A stretch of 64,000 bases of DNA. Origin: Pseudomonadota bacterium. Its GTDB lineage: Bacteria > Pseudomonadota > Alphaproteobacteria > Rickettsiales > RGZB01. The notes under the pieces are model-generated. The model was given only the letters and a program-made list of their open reading frames with translations, was not told the DNA's origin and searched no databases. The position numbers were made by a program, and so were the translations under genes. Below, one piece after another: positions 35,569 through 46,540 of the stretch. The stretch covers positions 86,411-150,410 of the forward strand of contig RGZB01000001.1 in NCBI GenBank assembly GCA_010031735.1. Reading direction: 5' to 3'. Position 1 is the first letter of the stretch. Each line of letters begins with the position of its first letter.

Positions 35569-36475
35569 GAAAAAAACCACCCCGAAGCATTTCCTCGATC
35601 TCTCGGAAGTGCATCCGGAAGATTTGCGCAACGTGCTGGAAGAAGCAAAGCGCATCAAGAAGGATTTCAAAGCGGGCAAAGCACCGAAGCTGCTTGAGAA
35701 CAAACACCTTGCGCTCATTTTTGAAAAGCCATCTACCCGTACCCGCATCTCATTCGAAGTGGGCATGAACCAGCTCGGTGGTAGCACGATTTATATGGAC
35801 TCCGGCACCAGCCAGATGGGCCGCGGCGAAACCGTTGCGGATACCGCACGTGTGCTTTCGCGTTATGTCGATGCGATCATGCTGCGCTGCTACCAGCACG
35901 AAATGCTGAAAGAAATGGCGCGCCATGCCACCGTTCCGCTCATCAACGGCCTTACCGATTACAGCCACCCATGCCAAGTGATGGCGGATATCATGACCTT
36001 TGAGGAACACCGTGGCAGCATCCGTGGAAAAACCGTAGCATGGATCGGTGATTGCAACAACATGGCGAACAGCTGGATCCAGGCCGCGCAATCCTTCGAT
36101 TTCAAACTGCGTATCGCCTGCCCGAAAGAGCTCGTGGCAGCACCGGCCAACCTGCCTTCCAACATCTCCATCATCGAAAGCTCGGAAGAAGCGGTCAGTG
36201 CGGCGGATCTGGTCTGCACGGACACATGGGTGTCGATGGGTGATAACGACGCGGATTACAAACGTGAGTTGCTTGCCTCTTACCAGGTGAATGATGCGCT
36301 CATGTCGCATGCGAAACCGGACGCGCTGTTCATGCACTGCCTGCCGGCACACCGTGGTGAAGAAGTGACGGACTCGGTGATCGATGGTAAGCATTCGGTG
36401 GTGTGGGATGAAGCGGAAAACCGCCTGCATATCCAGAAAGCCATCATCCTCTGGTGCCTCGATAAACTCGATTAG
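35561..36475 (+). CDS. argF: ornithine carbamoyltransferase
   Basis: [31 protein letters not shown]. Start is the ATG at 35561 or at 35534. Confidence 0.9.
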   Translation: MPEKKTTPKHFLDLSEVHPEDLRNVLEEAKRIKKDFKAGKAPKLLENKHLALIFEKPSTRTRISFEVGMNQLGGSTIYMDSGTSQMGRGETVADTARVLSRYVDAIMLRCYQHEMLKEMARHATVPLINGLTDYSHPCQVMADIMTFEEHRGSIRGKTVAWIGDCNNMANSWIQAAQSFDFKLRIACPKELVAAPANLPSNISIIESSEEAVSAADLVCTDTWVSMGDNDADYKRELLASYQVNDALMSHAKPDALFMHCLPAHRGEEVTDSVIDGKHSVVWDEAENRLHIQKAIILWCLDKLD

Positions 36476-37635
36476 TGGCTACCGGTTACTTCTCTGAAAT
36501 ACTCTAGATACGCTTGTGCGACGGCCTTCGGTTCGAAGGCTTTGGTCTTTTCTTCCATTGCCTTGCGGTCTACAGGCACTTCACCCCGAAGCATCTTCTT
36601 GATACCTTCCGCCAGAGCCGCTTGATCACCTGCGGGAGTCAGTAATCCTAACCCTTCTTTATCGATCAATTCATCTGGTCCACTCTTACAGTTCACCGAA
36701 ACGATCGGTGTCCCGATCACCATAGACTCCACCAATACCAGCGGGAATCCCTCGAAGGCAGAAGAAAGGACAAATACATCGGCACGTGCGATATAGGCGT
36801 AAGGATTATCCGTATAACCGGCAAACGATACCGAATCCGCAATACCCAGTGATCGCACCGTTGCCTCCAATGCCGGGCGGAGGTCACCCTCACCCACCAA
36901 GATAAGGCGTGATGGTATTTCTTTGAGTACATCTGCAAATGCACGAATCAGCAGATCAATATTTTTTTGCGCGACCAGCCTGCCAACATTGATCACCACT
37001 GGCAGGTCTTTCTGTGTAAGCCATGGATGGCTCGGGGCCACTTTTACTAAAGTATGTATTTTCTCAAAGGGCACCATGTTGTAGATGCGTTTGATCTTGC
37101 CGAGTGGAATATGGGATATCTCATGCAGTGACTGACGCACACCATCCGATACCACGACGATACCCGGCACCAAGCGGTACAGCAGAAAGATAAAACGATA
37201 GATAGCTTTCACGACGAACCGTTTTATCGGCGGGTACTTCCTGAGCACATCATCGATATCATAGATGCTGTTACCATGTTCAGAGATCACCAATTTGCCA
37301 AGCTGCCCTGCGAGTATCGCAGATACGATCAACATACCGTTCACCACCGTGTTGGCCGAATGGATGACATCAGGCTTTTCGCGTCGCAGTAATTTTGCGA
37401 TGCGCAACATACAGATATACTTTTTGAAAGAGCCGACATTGTGGGTATTCTTATTATCCTTCGTGAGATATTCCACCTGCACACGCGGATCTAGATATTT
37501 CTGCACATCCACATTCTGGAAGATGCTGACGAACTTAACCTTGTGGCCGCCCTTGACGAAGGTATTCGCCAGTTCGTGAAATAACCGCTCCACACCACCA
37601 TGCAGTATCAACGTATTAATGAAGAGGATCTTCAT
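36472..37635 (-). CDS. glycosyltransferase family 4 (GT-B)
   Basis: Starts MKILFINTL... E-x7-E region [17 protein letters not shown]. The ORF-track N-terminal extension to 38034 overlaps the next gene in another frame. Confidence 0.85.
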   Translation of the reverse strand: MKILFINTLILHGGVERLFHELANTFVKGGHKVKFVSIFQNVDVQKYLDPRVQVEYLTKDNKNTHNVGSFKKYICMLRIAKLLRREKPDVIHSANTVVNGMLIVSAILAGQLGKLVISEHGNSIYDIDDVLRKYPPIKRFVVKAIYRFIFLLYRLVPGIVVVSDGVRQSLHEISHIPLGKIKRIYNMVPFEKIHTLVKVAPSHPWLTQKDLPVVINVGRLVAQKNIDLLIRAFADVLKEIPSRLILVGEGDLRPALEATVRSLGIADSVSFAGYTDNPYAYIARADVFVLSSAFEGFPLVLVESMVIGTPIVSVNCKSGPDELIDKEGLGLLTPAGDQAALAEGIKKMLRGEVPVDRKAMEEKTKAFEPKAVAQAYLEYFREVTGSH

Positions 37636-38168
37636 GCGCCTCGGTATTCTGCCGCAAGCTTCACATAATTCTCTGCGGAGATAGCGATATAATCGATTTC
37701 TTCCTGGCGCATCGGGCGGAGTAACTTTGCCGGATTGCCACCCCATATCTCGTCTTTCGGCACGCGTTTCTTCGGCGTCACCACCGCTGCAGCGGCAACC
37801 ATACCATGACGTTCGACCACCGCGCCATCCATCACCGTTGAGTGCATACCGATGAACGAATCGTCTTCCAGCGTGCAGGCATGGAGGAGTACGCTGTGCC
37901 CAATCGTGATACCGGAACCGATGATCGTAGGGCCGGTCTTTCGCGTCACATGCACCACCGTGCCATCTTGGATGTTCGTGCGTTCGCCGATGCGAATGAT
38001 ATTCACATCGCCGCGAATCACACAGCCAAACCACACGTTGGTTTTACTCCCGATATGCACATCACCGATAACGACGGCACCCGGCGCAATGAATGCGTCA
38101 GGGGCAATCGTCGGCATGATGCCTTTATAAGGAAGGATGATCGGTGCGGGAGAACTGCCGGCCATCAC
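37632..38168 (-). CDS. gamma-carbonic-anhydrase-like hexapeptide-repeat protein
   Basis: Left-handed beta-helix repeats (IGDVHIGSKTNVWFGCVIRGD..). ATGA overlap with the downstream gene. Confidence 0.85.
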   Translation of the reverse strand: MMAGSSPAPIILPYKGIMPTIAPDAFIAPGAVVIGDVHIGSKTNVWFGCVIRGDVNIIRIGERTNIQDGTVVHVTRKTGPTIIGSGITIGHSVLLHACTLEDDSFIGMHSTVMDGAVVERHGMVAAAAVVTPKKRVPKDEIWGGNPAKLLRPMRQEEIDYIAISAENYVKLAAEYRGA

Positions 38169-39217
38169 GGATATACCGGGATCTGCCTGAGGCCCGTATC
38201 CTCACGGAAGCCGAACATCAGATTGAAGTTCTGTATTGCCTGGCCTGATGCACCTTTGATGAGGTTGTCGATCACTGATACGATGATCGCCCGATGCCTG
38301 ATCCGGTTCTTGAAGATGTTGATGAAGCAACGGTTGGTGCCCACCACTTCCTTCGTCGAAGGTGCGTGATCACCGTCCATCAGCTTCACGAAACTTTCGT
38401 TCGCGTAACGCTGCTCGAGCACTTCCCTCAGTTCTTCGAATTCGACTTCCGGCGAGAGTTTCACGTAGATGGTCGATAAGATACCCCTCGTCATCGGCAC
38501 GACTTGCGGGGTGAAGGTCACCTGCATATTCGCCATACCGCTTGCCGCTTGCAATGTCTGTTCGATCTCGGAGATATGCCTATGGTTCGCGATGCTGTAT
38601 GCCCTGAAGCCACCATCGACCTCGGCAAACAGGTTTGCGACCTTGCCGCTTCTGCCAGCACCGCTGATACCCGATTTCGAATCGATGATGATACCATCCG
38701 TCGAGATTTTACCGCTGGAGAGCAGCGGTACGAGTGGCAGGAGTGCTGAGGTCGGATAGCAACCCGGGCATGCCACCAGCCTTGCGTTCTTGATCGGCTC
38801 ACGGAAGATTTCGCTCAAGCCATACACGGCTTCTTTCTGTACATCCGGCGCCGCGTGCGGCTTGCCGTACCACTCTTTATAGCGGTCGACATTGAACAGC
38901 CTGAAGTCAGCGGATAAGTCGATCACCCGGAGCGTCCGCGGAACGGAAGCGATGATCTCCTGCCCTGCACCATGCGGCAGACAGAAGAAGGCGACATCGA
39001 GTTCTTCCCAATCCACTTCCTGCAGGTAAGAAAGCGGCGGTAGTCCACAGCCGTTGAAATGCGGGAACACTTTTTCCACCGGCTGGCCGGCGGTGCTGTC
39101 ACCCGTCAGGTATTTGATCTGTACGTTCGGATGGCCGAGCAGCAGGCGTACCAGCTCTACCCCGACATATCCGGAGGCACCGATGACCGCGACTTTTAAC
39201 CGTTTCTTATCGTTCAT
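38165..39217 (-). CDS. argC: N-acetyl-gamma-glutamyl-phosphate reductase
   Basis: GASGYVGVELVRLL, ACPGCYPTSALL active-site Cys region. Confidence 0.9.
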   Translation of the reverse strand: MNDKKRLKVAVIGASGYVGVELVRLLLGHPNVQIKYLTGDSTAGQPVEKVFPHFNGCGLPPLSYLQEVDWEELDVAFFCLPHGAGQEIIASVPRTLRVIDLSADFRLFNVDRYKEWYGKPHAAPDVQKEAVYGLSEIFREPIKNARLVACPGCYPTSALLPLVPLLSSGKISTDGIIIDSKSGISGAGRSGKVANLFAEVDGGFRAYSIANHRHISEIEQTLQAASGMANMQVTFTPQVVPMTRGILSTIYVKLSPEVEFEELREVLEQRYANESFVKLMDGDHAPSTKEVVGTNRCFINIFKNRIRHRAIIVSVIDNLIKGASGQAIQNFNLMFGFREDTGLRQIPVYP

Positions 39218-39294
39218 ATAGAATTCCTGTGTACAAATTTTACTTAGTGTTTTGTGATCCCAAACTCAAGGATAAAACATCCAGACAACAAAAA

Positions 39295-39321
39295 AGGGCG
39301 GTGGAAAAATTCCGCCGCCCT
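39295..39321 (-). terminator. intrinsic terminator downstream of rpsI
   Basis: AGGGCGGTGGA-aaaat-TCCGCCGCCCT flanked by A- and T-tracts. Confidence 0.75.
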
Positions 39322-39345
39322 TTTTTTGCAACCAGAAGCGTAAAA

Positions 39346-39840
39346 TTAACGCTTCGAGAATTGGAAACGGCGACGCGCCTTCTTGCGGCCATATTTCTTA
39401 CGTTCGACCACGCGGCTGTCGCGGGTCAGGTAACCACCTTGACGCAGGATCGTGTGGTGCGTCGGATCGTAGTTGTCGAGCGCACGGGAGATACCGTGGC
39501 GGATCGCACCGGCCTGACCGGAGAGACCACCGCCGACGACCGTAGCAACGACGTCGAATTGGCGTTCCGTGTTGGTCGCAGCGAACGGCTGGTTGATCAC
39601 CAGCTGGAATGCGATGCGGCCGAAGTATTTTTTGAATTCGCGGCTGTTGACCGTGATGGTGCCTTTGCCCGGTTTGATCCAGACGCGAGCGACAGCGTCT
39701 TTACGACGGCCAGTTGCGTATGCACGACCTTGAGCGTCACGTTTTGCAACGCGCTCTTTCGGAGCATCTGCTTCCACGACTTCCGCTTTCACGGTAGCTG
39801 CTTTGGCTTTCACGGTAGCTTGTTTCGGAATAGCGATCAT
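39346..39840 (-). CDS. rpsI: 30S ribosomal protein S9
   Basis: ..[31 protein letters not shown]. Codon usage AAA/GAA/CGT, used here as the core-gene reference. Confidence 0.95.
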   Translation of the reverse strand: MIAIPKQATVKAKAATVKAEVVEADAPKERVAKRDAQGRAYATGRRKDAVARVWIKPGKGTITVNSREFKKYFGRIAFQLVINQPFAATNTERQFDVVATVVGGGLSGQAGAIRHGISRALDNYDPTHHTILRQGGYLTRDSRVVERKKYGRKKARRRFQFSKR

Positions 39841-39843
39841 AGA

Positions 39844-40311
39844 CTATGCCGTCCTTTTCTTGTTCTTTTCGTTGAGGGCTGCCACATCGAGTTTCTCAGG
39901 TTTCTGAGCTTCGTGCGGGTGTTCTGAACCTACATAGAGGTGCATTTTGGTGAGCTGATGGCGACCCATGTTGTTACGCGGAAGCATACGTTCCACTGCA
40001 CGTTCGATCACGCGCTCCGGATTTTTGCTCTCGAGCGTTTTACGCGGGGTGGTTTCTTTGATACCGCCCGGGAAACCGGTGTGCCAGAAGAATTTCTTGT
40101 TCTCACGTTTTTTGCCCGTGATGAAGATTTTCTCTGCGTTGATCACGATCACGTGGTCGCCGCAATCGAGGTTCGGAGAGTAGGTCGGCTTATGTTTGCC
40201 GCGCAGTTTTGCAGCAATGATGGATGCCAGACGGCCAAGAACGAGGTCTTGTGCATCGATCAGGTACCATTTGCGCTGAATTTCGCTGAGTTTCGCTGAG
40301 TATGTCTTCAT
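39844..40311 (-). CDS. rplM: 50S ribosomal protein L13
   Basis: [20 protein letters not shown] matches the L13 N-terminus. The ORF-track start 12 nt upstream is less likely. Confidence 0.95.
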   Translation of the reverse strand: MKTYSAKLSEIQRKWYLIDAQDLVLGRLASIIAAKLRGKHKPTYSPNLDCGDHVIVINAEKIFITGKKRENKKFFWHTGFPGGIKETTPRKTLESKNPERVIERAVERMLPRNNMGRHQLTKMHLYVGSEHPHEAQKPEKLDVAALNEKNKKRTA

Positions 40312-40481
40312 GGTTATCACCAATAATGTAAGCGTTTTTTGTAAATAGGGCGCGGAGAATGCCCCAAAACCCCATCATTGTCAACGGTAAAAAACAGGTT
40401 TTTTGCGGTATTCGGAGGGCTTATGCCATAAGGGGCATGCGCGCGCGCTGCATTAGAGCCATTATACTGTTATTCAATGAT

Positions 40482-40811
40482 TTAATTCGCATCGATCTTA
40501 TTGACCAGGCGGTTCGCACAGTAATCGATGATAGAGATACGCTCCTTGTCGCCCCGCTCACTGACCACGATCAAGATGCCATCCCCACCCGATTTCACGT
40601 CCTTGATCATGCCGACACCCTTAAGCGTCAGCTCGCCGCCTTTGCAGCGTTTCTCGCTCGCCTCCAGCTGATGGTCTGGGAGTGTACCCTCTAATTTGGC
40701 CTGATGGCGCTGGTAAACCATGACGAACATCAATATAATGCCGCCAATCAGCGCGATACCTAACGAAAACACCATGAATTTAAGCGGCGCCAAACTTTTA
40801 TCCTGAGCCAT
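40482..40811 (-). CDS. hypothetical membrane-anchored protein (about 109 aa)
   Basis: TM helix FMVFSLGIALIGGIILMFVMV. The candidate ATG overlaps the rluD ATG on the opposite strand (CATG), so the true start may be further downstream. Confidence 0.45.
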   Translation of the reverse strand: MAQDKSLAPLKFMVFSLGIALIGGIILMFVMVYQRHQAKLEGTLPDHQLEASEKRCKGGELTLKGVGMIKDVKSGGDGILIVVSERGDKERISIIDYCANRLVNKIDAN

Positions 40812-41775
40812 GCAGACCTTCCATATCAATGTACCCGACGACCAAGGCAAAACCCGCCTCGATAAATTCTTGAGCGAACAGCTGCCGGAATTCTCGAGAA
40901 GCCGCATCCAATCGCTGATTGCAGGTGGCCATGTTTCCGTCGGCGGGCGGAAAGTAGTGGACTCGAACGCCAAAGTCAAACCATCCGAATGCTATACGGT
41001 CGTGATCCCCCCGCCGGAACCCACCGGTATGCGCCCTGCCAATATCGCCTTGGATATAGTGTATGAGGATGACGACCTCCTGGTCATCAACAAACAGGCG
41101 GGGCTTACCACCCATCCGGGCGCTGGGAACCACCAGGATACGCTTGCGAACGCCTTGGTTGCCCATTGCGGCGCTAGTTTGTCTGGTATCGGTGGCGTCT
41201 CTCGCCCTGGCATCGTGCACCGGCTCGATAAGGATACGTCGGGCCTGATGGTCGTCGCCAAGCACGATAAGGCCCATATCGACCTCTCCGAACAAATACA
41301 AAGCCGAGAGCTCAAACGCGCCTACCACGCAATCGTATGGGGAATCGTAAGTCCGAGAAAAGGGGTGATCGACGCCAATATCGCCCGCAGCAACAAGAAC
41401 CGCAAGAAAATGGCGGTGTTCCGGAGCGGCGGGAAAACCGCACGCACGCATTATACCGTGCTTGAAACGTACGGCGAGAACGCCTGCCTGGTCGAATGCC
41501 GCTTGGAAACCGGCCGTACCCACCAGATCCGCGTACATATGACCCATCTGAAGCATCCGCTCGTGGGCGATCAGACCTACGGCAACCCGAATCGCAAGGG
41601 TACGGCGAAGATGCCGAAGACCGTACAGTCCACCATCCAGGGCTTCAAACGCCAGGCTCTGCACTCGTTCTTTATCTCTTTCCGCCATCCTGTAAGCGGA
41701 AAAACGCTTGAATTCCAAAGGGAAATGCCTGCCGATATGCAAGCGCTAAAAAAGGCCCTTACAGCATTGCAGTAA
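40810..41775 (+). CDS. rluD: 23S rRNA pseudouridine synthase RluD family
   Basis: S4 domain N-terminus. HRLDKDTSGLMVVAK catalytic motif. Confidence 0.9.
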   Translation: MQTFHINVPDDQGKTRLDKFLSEQLPEFSRSRIQSLIAGGHVSVGGRKVVDSNAKVKPSECYTVVIPPPEPTGMRPANIALDIVYEDDDLLVINKQAGLTTHPGAGNHQDTLANALVAHCGASLSGIGGVSRPGIVHRLDKDTSGLMVVAKHDKAHIDLSEQIQSRELKRAYHAIVWGIVSPRKGVIDANIARSNKNRKKMAVFRSGGKTARTHYTVLETYGENACLVECRLETGRTHQIRVHMTHLKHPLVGDQTYGNPNRKGTAKMPKTVQSTIQGFKRQALHSFFISFRHPVSGKTLEFQREMPADMQALKKALTALQ

Positions 41776-41825
41776 TATAGGCTTGGTGCTATATTCCGCT
41801 TCCGTACGAAAGGTGTAGTTTGCCT

Positions 41826-42701
41826 ATGGCTACCAAGACTTTACCAGTCCTCACCGATGCCGGTCTCACGCACTATCTGCAAGAGATCAATAAGTTCCCT
41901 ATGCTGGAAGAGCAGGAAGAATTCATGCTCGCCAAAGCATGGCGCGACCACGGTGATACACAAGCCGCTGAGAAGCTGGTCACCAGCCATTTGCGCCTGG
42001 TTGCTAAACTCGCCATGGGCTTCCGTGGTTATGGCTTGCCGCTCGTTGAGTTGATTTCCGAGGGCAATATCGGCCTTATGCATGCCGTCAAGAAGTTCGA
42101 TCCGGATAAAGGTTTCCGCCTTTCCACCTATGCGATGTGGTGGATCAAAGCGGCGATTCAGGAATACGTGCTCCGTTCATGGTCCATGGTAAAAATGGGC
42201 ACGACTGCCGCGCAGAAGAAATTGTTCTTCAACCTCCGCCGCGTGAAAAACCGTATCGCCAACCATCACGGCGATCTGACACCGGATGAGGTGAAGCAAG
42301 TGGCGAAAGAACTGAGCGTACCGGAAGAAGATGTGGTGGATATGGATCGACGGATGTTCGCGACGGACCAATCGCTCAACAACACGTTCGGTGATGAAGA
42401 TGGCGAGGGTGTAGAGTTCATCGATAATCTTGCGGATGAGCGTGATGACCAGGAAGTCGTCCTCGGCAATATGGAAGATTACGAACTGAAACGCCGCATG
42501 CTCGCGAGTGCCATCAAAGTGCTGAACGAGCGTGAGATGGATATCTTATTCGCGCGTCAAATGCAGGAAGTGCCGGCAACGCTAGAAGACCTCAGTCAGA
42601 AATACGATATCTCGCGTGAGCGCGTGCGCCAGATCGAAACCCGCGCGATCGAGAAGCTGCAAGCCGCAGTGAAGAACCCGAAGCTCCTTAACGCACACTG
42701 A
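41826..42701 (+). CDS. rpoH: RNA polymerase sigma-32 factor
   Basis: RpoB-box-like AQKKLFFNLRRVK (the RpoH box). Sigma-70 regions 2 and 4. Confidence 0.9.
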   Translation: MATKTLPVLTDAGLTHYLQEINKFPMLEEQEEFMLAKAWRDHGDTQAAEKLVTSHLRLVAKLAMGFRGYGLPLVELISEGNIGLMHAVKKFDPDKGFRLSTYAMWWIKAAIQEYVLRSWSMVKMGTTAAQKKLFFNLRRVKNRIANHHGDLTPDEVKQVAKELSVPEEDVVDMDRRMFATDQSLNNTFGDEDGEGVEFIDNLADERDDQEVVLGNMEDYELKRRMLASAIKVLNEREMDILFARQMQEVPATLEDLSQKYDISRERVRQIETRAIEKLQAAVKNPKLLNAH

Positions 42702-42800
42702 GTGCCATTTCCATCACAGCGAGCAGTCACCATGCTCGGTGTGTCGTATAGCTGTCAGGATTCTCTCTAATCCTTCGTCGAATATGGGTAAGATTAGGCC

Positions 42801-44399
42801 ATGCTGAAACTATTGCGTCATGAGCCTCGTTTATTGCTCTCCTGTATTTGTTCGCTACTCATCGTAGCAGCGTATTTCTTTCTGATACCCTGGACTCCTG
42901 CAGAAGATGCATTGATACTTTTTCAATACAGTGAGCATTTGGCTAACTTAGGCCGGATTGTATACAATATAACCGATCCCGCACCGGTCGAAGGTGCAAC
43001 GGATTTTCTCTGGATGCTCTCCCTCAGCTTACTCTACCGACTCGGTATCGATACGTTCGTAGCAGCAAAATGCCTTTCTGCATTGAGCCTGGCAGGCATT
43101 GTTGTCTTGTTGACAAAATTTGCCAGCACACCCAAAACGAAGCCGGCATCTTTATATTTGTTTTTTACCTGTATCATGTTGCTTCAGGTACCTGTGATAG
43201 CGGCAAGTACCGGTTTTTCGGTATGTACATTCGGTTTCTGTTTGCTGCTGACATTATGGTTTGCACGGCAAAAGCGTTTTTCCCCGATGATTCTGGCGGG
43301 GCTCATCACCTGTCTTATACGTCCGGATGGACTGCTCGTCATCGCACCTTTGGTGATAGGGTATTGTATCCGTTACAGGCACATGCTCACACGCAATGAC
43401 GTGTTCCTGCTGACGCTGGTGTTCATTGGCGGCATCGGCTATTTTCTGTGGCGTTGGCATTACTTCGGGCATTTCCTGCCACTGCCGTTCTATGTAAAAT
43501 CCGATGCTCCACGCCTATTCGGATTTATCAATAGAACTTCCTATTCCGCACTTGGCATCCTGCTCTTTCTGCTATCACCTGTCTTACTCTTCTATATCTG
43601 GCGACTGAAAAAGGAATACGATGCTTGTTGGTATTATGAAGCTCCCCTATTCATAGTACCTATTCTGTTTTATGGTGCTATGGAGCTTCAGCAGAATATC
43701 GCGTTGCGCTTTTTCTACCCTATCATACTCTGTCTTTTCGCATTGGCTGCTGCACATACACAGAAATATGTAAGGCAGTTGTTACTCGCATGTATTCTCT
43801 GTTGTGTAATACAATTCCCTTACTATACCAAAAGTCTTGAGCAAGTAACCAAGCCTCTCACCTCGCATCAAATAGGCCGGGCACTCGGCAGTTTAGAACA
43901 TAAAGGTGTACTACTCACAAGCGAGGCAGGTGGACTTTCCTATTATTCTGGCTGGCAACTTATAGATACATACGGGCTCAACACCCCCTCGATTGCTACA
44001 GGGGGTCTTACCCCAGATTTTATCCGGCAATCAAAGGCCGATCTTATCATCATAAGGGACTATCCTACCCCCCCGCATTTCAGGATGGACCGTTGGATCG
44101 GCATGCTGTCAACCATACACAAGGGCGTGGATTCCTCTAAGTATACACTCCTTTCCCTTCCACCAAGCGCGAGGTTTGGGCTCGTCTTACAAAACACCTC
44201 TTTCAGGGAATTCATCACCTCCACTCTCACTTTGGTAGGTGTACCACAGCATTTTATGAATTTTCTGTTTAGTTACCCCGGCGGCGAGGTCTTATTGGTA
44301 TGGGTGCGCAAAGATTCGCCGTATTATTCGCAACTCGAGCCGTTGATGATAGCAGAAGGTGCAACCCCTGTAATAAGACCCGAAATCTATAATAAATAA
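42801..44399 (+). CDS. hypothetical polytopic membrane protein (possibly ArnT/PMT-like glycosyltransferase fold)
   Basis: 532 aa with at least 10 hydrophobic segments and AT-richer codon usage. Family assignment is a guess. Confidence 0.6.
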   Translation: MLKLLRHEPRLLLSCICSLLIVAAYFFLIPWTPAEDALILFQYSEHLANLGRIVYNITDPAPVEGATDFLWMLSLSLLYRLGIDTFVAAKCLSALSLAGIVVLLTKFASTPKTKPASLYLFFTCIMLLQVPVIAASTGFSVCTFGFCLLLTLWFARQKRFSPMILAGLITCLIRPDGLLVIAPLVIGYCIRYRHMLTRNDVFLLTLVFIGGIGYFLWRWHYFGHFLPLPFYVKSDAPRLFGFINRTSYSALGILLFLLSPVLLFYIWRLKKEYDACWYYEAPLFIVPILFYGAMELQQNIALRFFYPIILCLFALAAAHTQKYVRQLLLACILCCVIQFPYYTKSLEQVTKPLTSHQIGRALGSLEHKGVLLTSEAGGLSYYSGWQLIDTYGLNTPSIATGGLTPDFIRQSKADLIIIRDYPTPPHFRMDRWIGMLSTIHKGVDSSKYTLLSLPPSARFGLVLQNTSFREFITSTLTLVGVPQHFMNFLFSYPGGEVLLVWVRKDSPYYSQLEPLMIAEGATPVIRPEIYNK

Positions 44400-44418
44400 G
44401 CCATGAAAGGCCTCGATA

Positions 44419-44450
44419 TTAACGAGCCATTAACCATTCTTCTTTATACT
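44419..44450 (+). promoter_or_regulatory. putative promoter of the 424-aa gene with perfect TTAA-N7-TTAAC(CAT) box
   Basis: TTAAcgagccaTTAACCAT. The upstream TTAACG lies N20 from TATACT. The -10 ends 9 nt before the ATG at 44460 (near-leaderless). Confidence 0.5.
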
Positions 44451-44459
44451 TGAGAGGAT

Positions 44460-45734
44460 ATGTTATCGCAGGACCCCAGAATCGTTGCTGAACTCAAATT
44501 GCACCAAGCGCATTCCCATGCGCTCGATGAACTTGCCAACCATAGTCAGGATAGAGATTTGAGTCATGGCAAGGTCGAGCCGATTCTATTCATGCTGTAT
44601 GAGCGCAATCAGGATGGTGAACCCGTTTACGAGAATCCACGTGCCATCACTGCGTTTTCTGAACGCGTATTCGTGCCGGTGGAACGCATCCCTTCTTTCA
44701 TGAAGATATCGGAAATGAACCGCGCACTGAAAAGTAGCGCCAAAGGGTCGCTGCCGCTTCTTTCACAAACCATAGATCTGATGCATGCGGATGGCGCGCG
44801 CAATATGGGCATGAAACTCGGCGGGATATTCTTGCCGCTCATCAATGAGGTGATCGGCCGCGACTTGATGCAAAGCCTTACCTTCCGCCGCAATACAGAT
44901 CGCACCATCATGCTTCAGGATGATCATCTGCTGACCGATAAAGAAATCGACGCACTGCGGGATGCCCGTCCGACTGCACTCGATATCACCGATGTCAGGG
45001 ACAAGACCTACAAACTACAGATAGATAACACGCACAAGCTCGGTGCGAAGGGGCATGGCCCCCTCGTCACGGCCGCCATGCTTTTCGACGCGGCACGTAT
45101 GTATCTCGGCCGCCCCAAAAGCTCGCAAGATAAAATACAAGAATATGTGGGCGTCAAGCTGGTAACGCAGAAAGCATTACTCGATCTACTCGATTACATG
45201 GGTTCAGCAATCGAGCGCTCGCCGGAAACAAAAGGCCTATCGCTTGAGGATTTCAGGTTAGCGCTTCCGCCTGCCATACTGCAATCGCTGAAGAAAGCTG
45301 AGCATGATGTACGCCGCCTGGATACAGGACTGCGGATCCATTACCCGGAAAGTACGCTATGCTTAGACAAGACCATGGAGTTCGGCAGGTTTGCAAAAGA
45401 ACCTTTTATCCCACAGACCGTGGAAGACATCGCTTTGATCGTTGCCGCCTCACGGAGTATCTTCCGCTATAGCCATCCTGCACGTACTGAGGATGACGTG
45501 CTGGAATTAGCCAATCGCGTCTCTTATGCCGGCAGTGTTACCGCTGCCGCAAAACTACTCGCAAGTGAGGATTGGTTCAGGGATTATCTGTCGCATCGTG
45601 CCCGTACAGCAGATACCGATATGGTAAGGGGCGCAGCGCTTGCGTACACTATCATCGACGGTATCGGTAAGCAGCCTGAACGTTTTAGCGAGCGTCCGCG
45701 TGAACCTTGGAAAACGGATGGTTTACCGGGCTAG
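44460..45734 (+). CDS. hypothetical protein (424 aa)
   Basis: Long ORF with no recognisable motifs. Its 3' end overlaps the convergent J-domain gene by 4 nt. Confidence 0.65.
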   Translation: MLSQDPRIVAELKLHQAHSHALDELANHSQDRDLSHGKVEPILFMLYERNQDGEPVYENPRAITAFSERVFVPVERIPSFMKISEMNRALKSSAKGSLPLLSQTIDLMHADGARNMGMKLGGIFLPLINEVIGRDLMQSLTFRRNTDRTIMLQDDHLLTDKEIDALRDARPTALDITDVRDKTYKLQIDNTHKLGAKGHGPLVTAAMLFDAARMYLGRPKSSQDKIQEYVGVKLVTQKALLDLLDYMGSAIERSPETKGLSLEDFRLALPPAILQSLKKAEHDVRRLDTGLRIHYPESTLCLDKTMEFGRFAKEPFIPQTVEDIALIVAASRSIFRYSHPARTEDDVLELANRVSYAGSVTAAAKLLASEDWFRDYLSHRARTADTDMVRGAALAYTIIDGIGKQPERFSERPREPWKTDGLPG

Positions 45735-46528
45735 CTCCCTTGCTCTGCCATCAGTTTGTTGAGCGCAATCATACTTTTCTTCAGCACGATCTCTCGTTCG
45801 GTTTTTTCCTTGATCACCTGCACCAAATCGATGCCGCGTCTGGCAGCGCCTTTCACCCGGCGCATGAGATGGAACTCGCTGGAAGCCTTCAAGAGACCAA
45901 TCTTTTCGGCGAACACTTCCTTATCGGCTTTGATGAGAGCAAGTTCGCGCTCTAGGCGTTCGAGTTTTTCTACGGGGTCTTCGCTGTAATCACCATCGAA
46001 TGCCACTTCTAAGCGCACCATCTTCTCTAGGTTACATTGCTGGTACGCCTCATGTACCATGGTGAACACTTTCGCGGCTGCATCACCATACTCCGATGTA
46101 TCCGGGTGGAATTGCTTCGCGAGTTTTTTATATACCCGCCTTGTTTCCTGCTTCTTCAGTTGCTCGATCACCTGCAGGTAATAGTCATCGTGCTGGGCGA
46201 GGTAGTATTCCGTCGCACCGACAGCAGCCAGCTCATTATGTTGTGATTGTGTGAGCGCTTTATCGAGTTCGGCAAGCTCATCGAACAACGTACCGACCCG
46301 CAGATAATATTCCTTCAGGAACTGGTTCAGTTCTTTTTGCAGGAATTCCTGCTCAGCCTGAAACAGCCGATGTTGGTAGATTTCCTTGCTGAGCTGCGAT
46401 TCCAGAAGCCGCGTGTGGTACGCTATCTCAGGCTGAATGCCGGAAATCGTCTGCTGGAAATTCACGCGCCACATCCTATTAGTAGTTGCTTCAATACAAG
46501 CATCTACCACATACAGTAGGTAAGTCAA
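45731..46528 (-). CDS. J-domain (DnaJ-like) protein
   Basis: RRVYKKLAKQFHPDTSEYGDAAAKVFTMVHEAYQ contains the HPD tripeptide in J-domain context. Coiled-coil-like flanks. Confidence 0.75.
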   Translation of the reverse strand: MTYLLYVVDACIEATTNRMWRVNFQQTISGIQPEIAYHTRLLESQLSKEIYQHRLFQAEQEFLQKELNQFLKEYYLRVGTLFDELAELDKALTQSQHNELAAVGATEYYLAQHDDYYLQVIEQLKKQETRRVYKKLAKQFHPDTSEYGDAAAKVFTMVHEAYQQCNLEKMVRLEVAFDGDYSEDPVEKLERLERELALIKADKEVFAEKIGLLKASSEFHLMRRVKGAARRGIDLVQVIKEKTEREIVLKKSMIALNKLMAEQGS

Positions 46529-46540
46529 AGTGATTTTATA

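Noticed and set aside
40281-40300. 10-bp tandem duplication TTTCGCTGAG x2 inside rplM
   Set aside because: It is in frame, encodes the conserved L13 N-terminal region (..[10 protein letters not shown]..) and does not disrupt the ORF, so it is a chance repeat.
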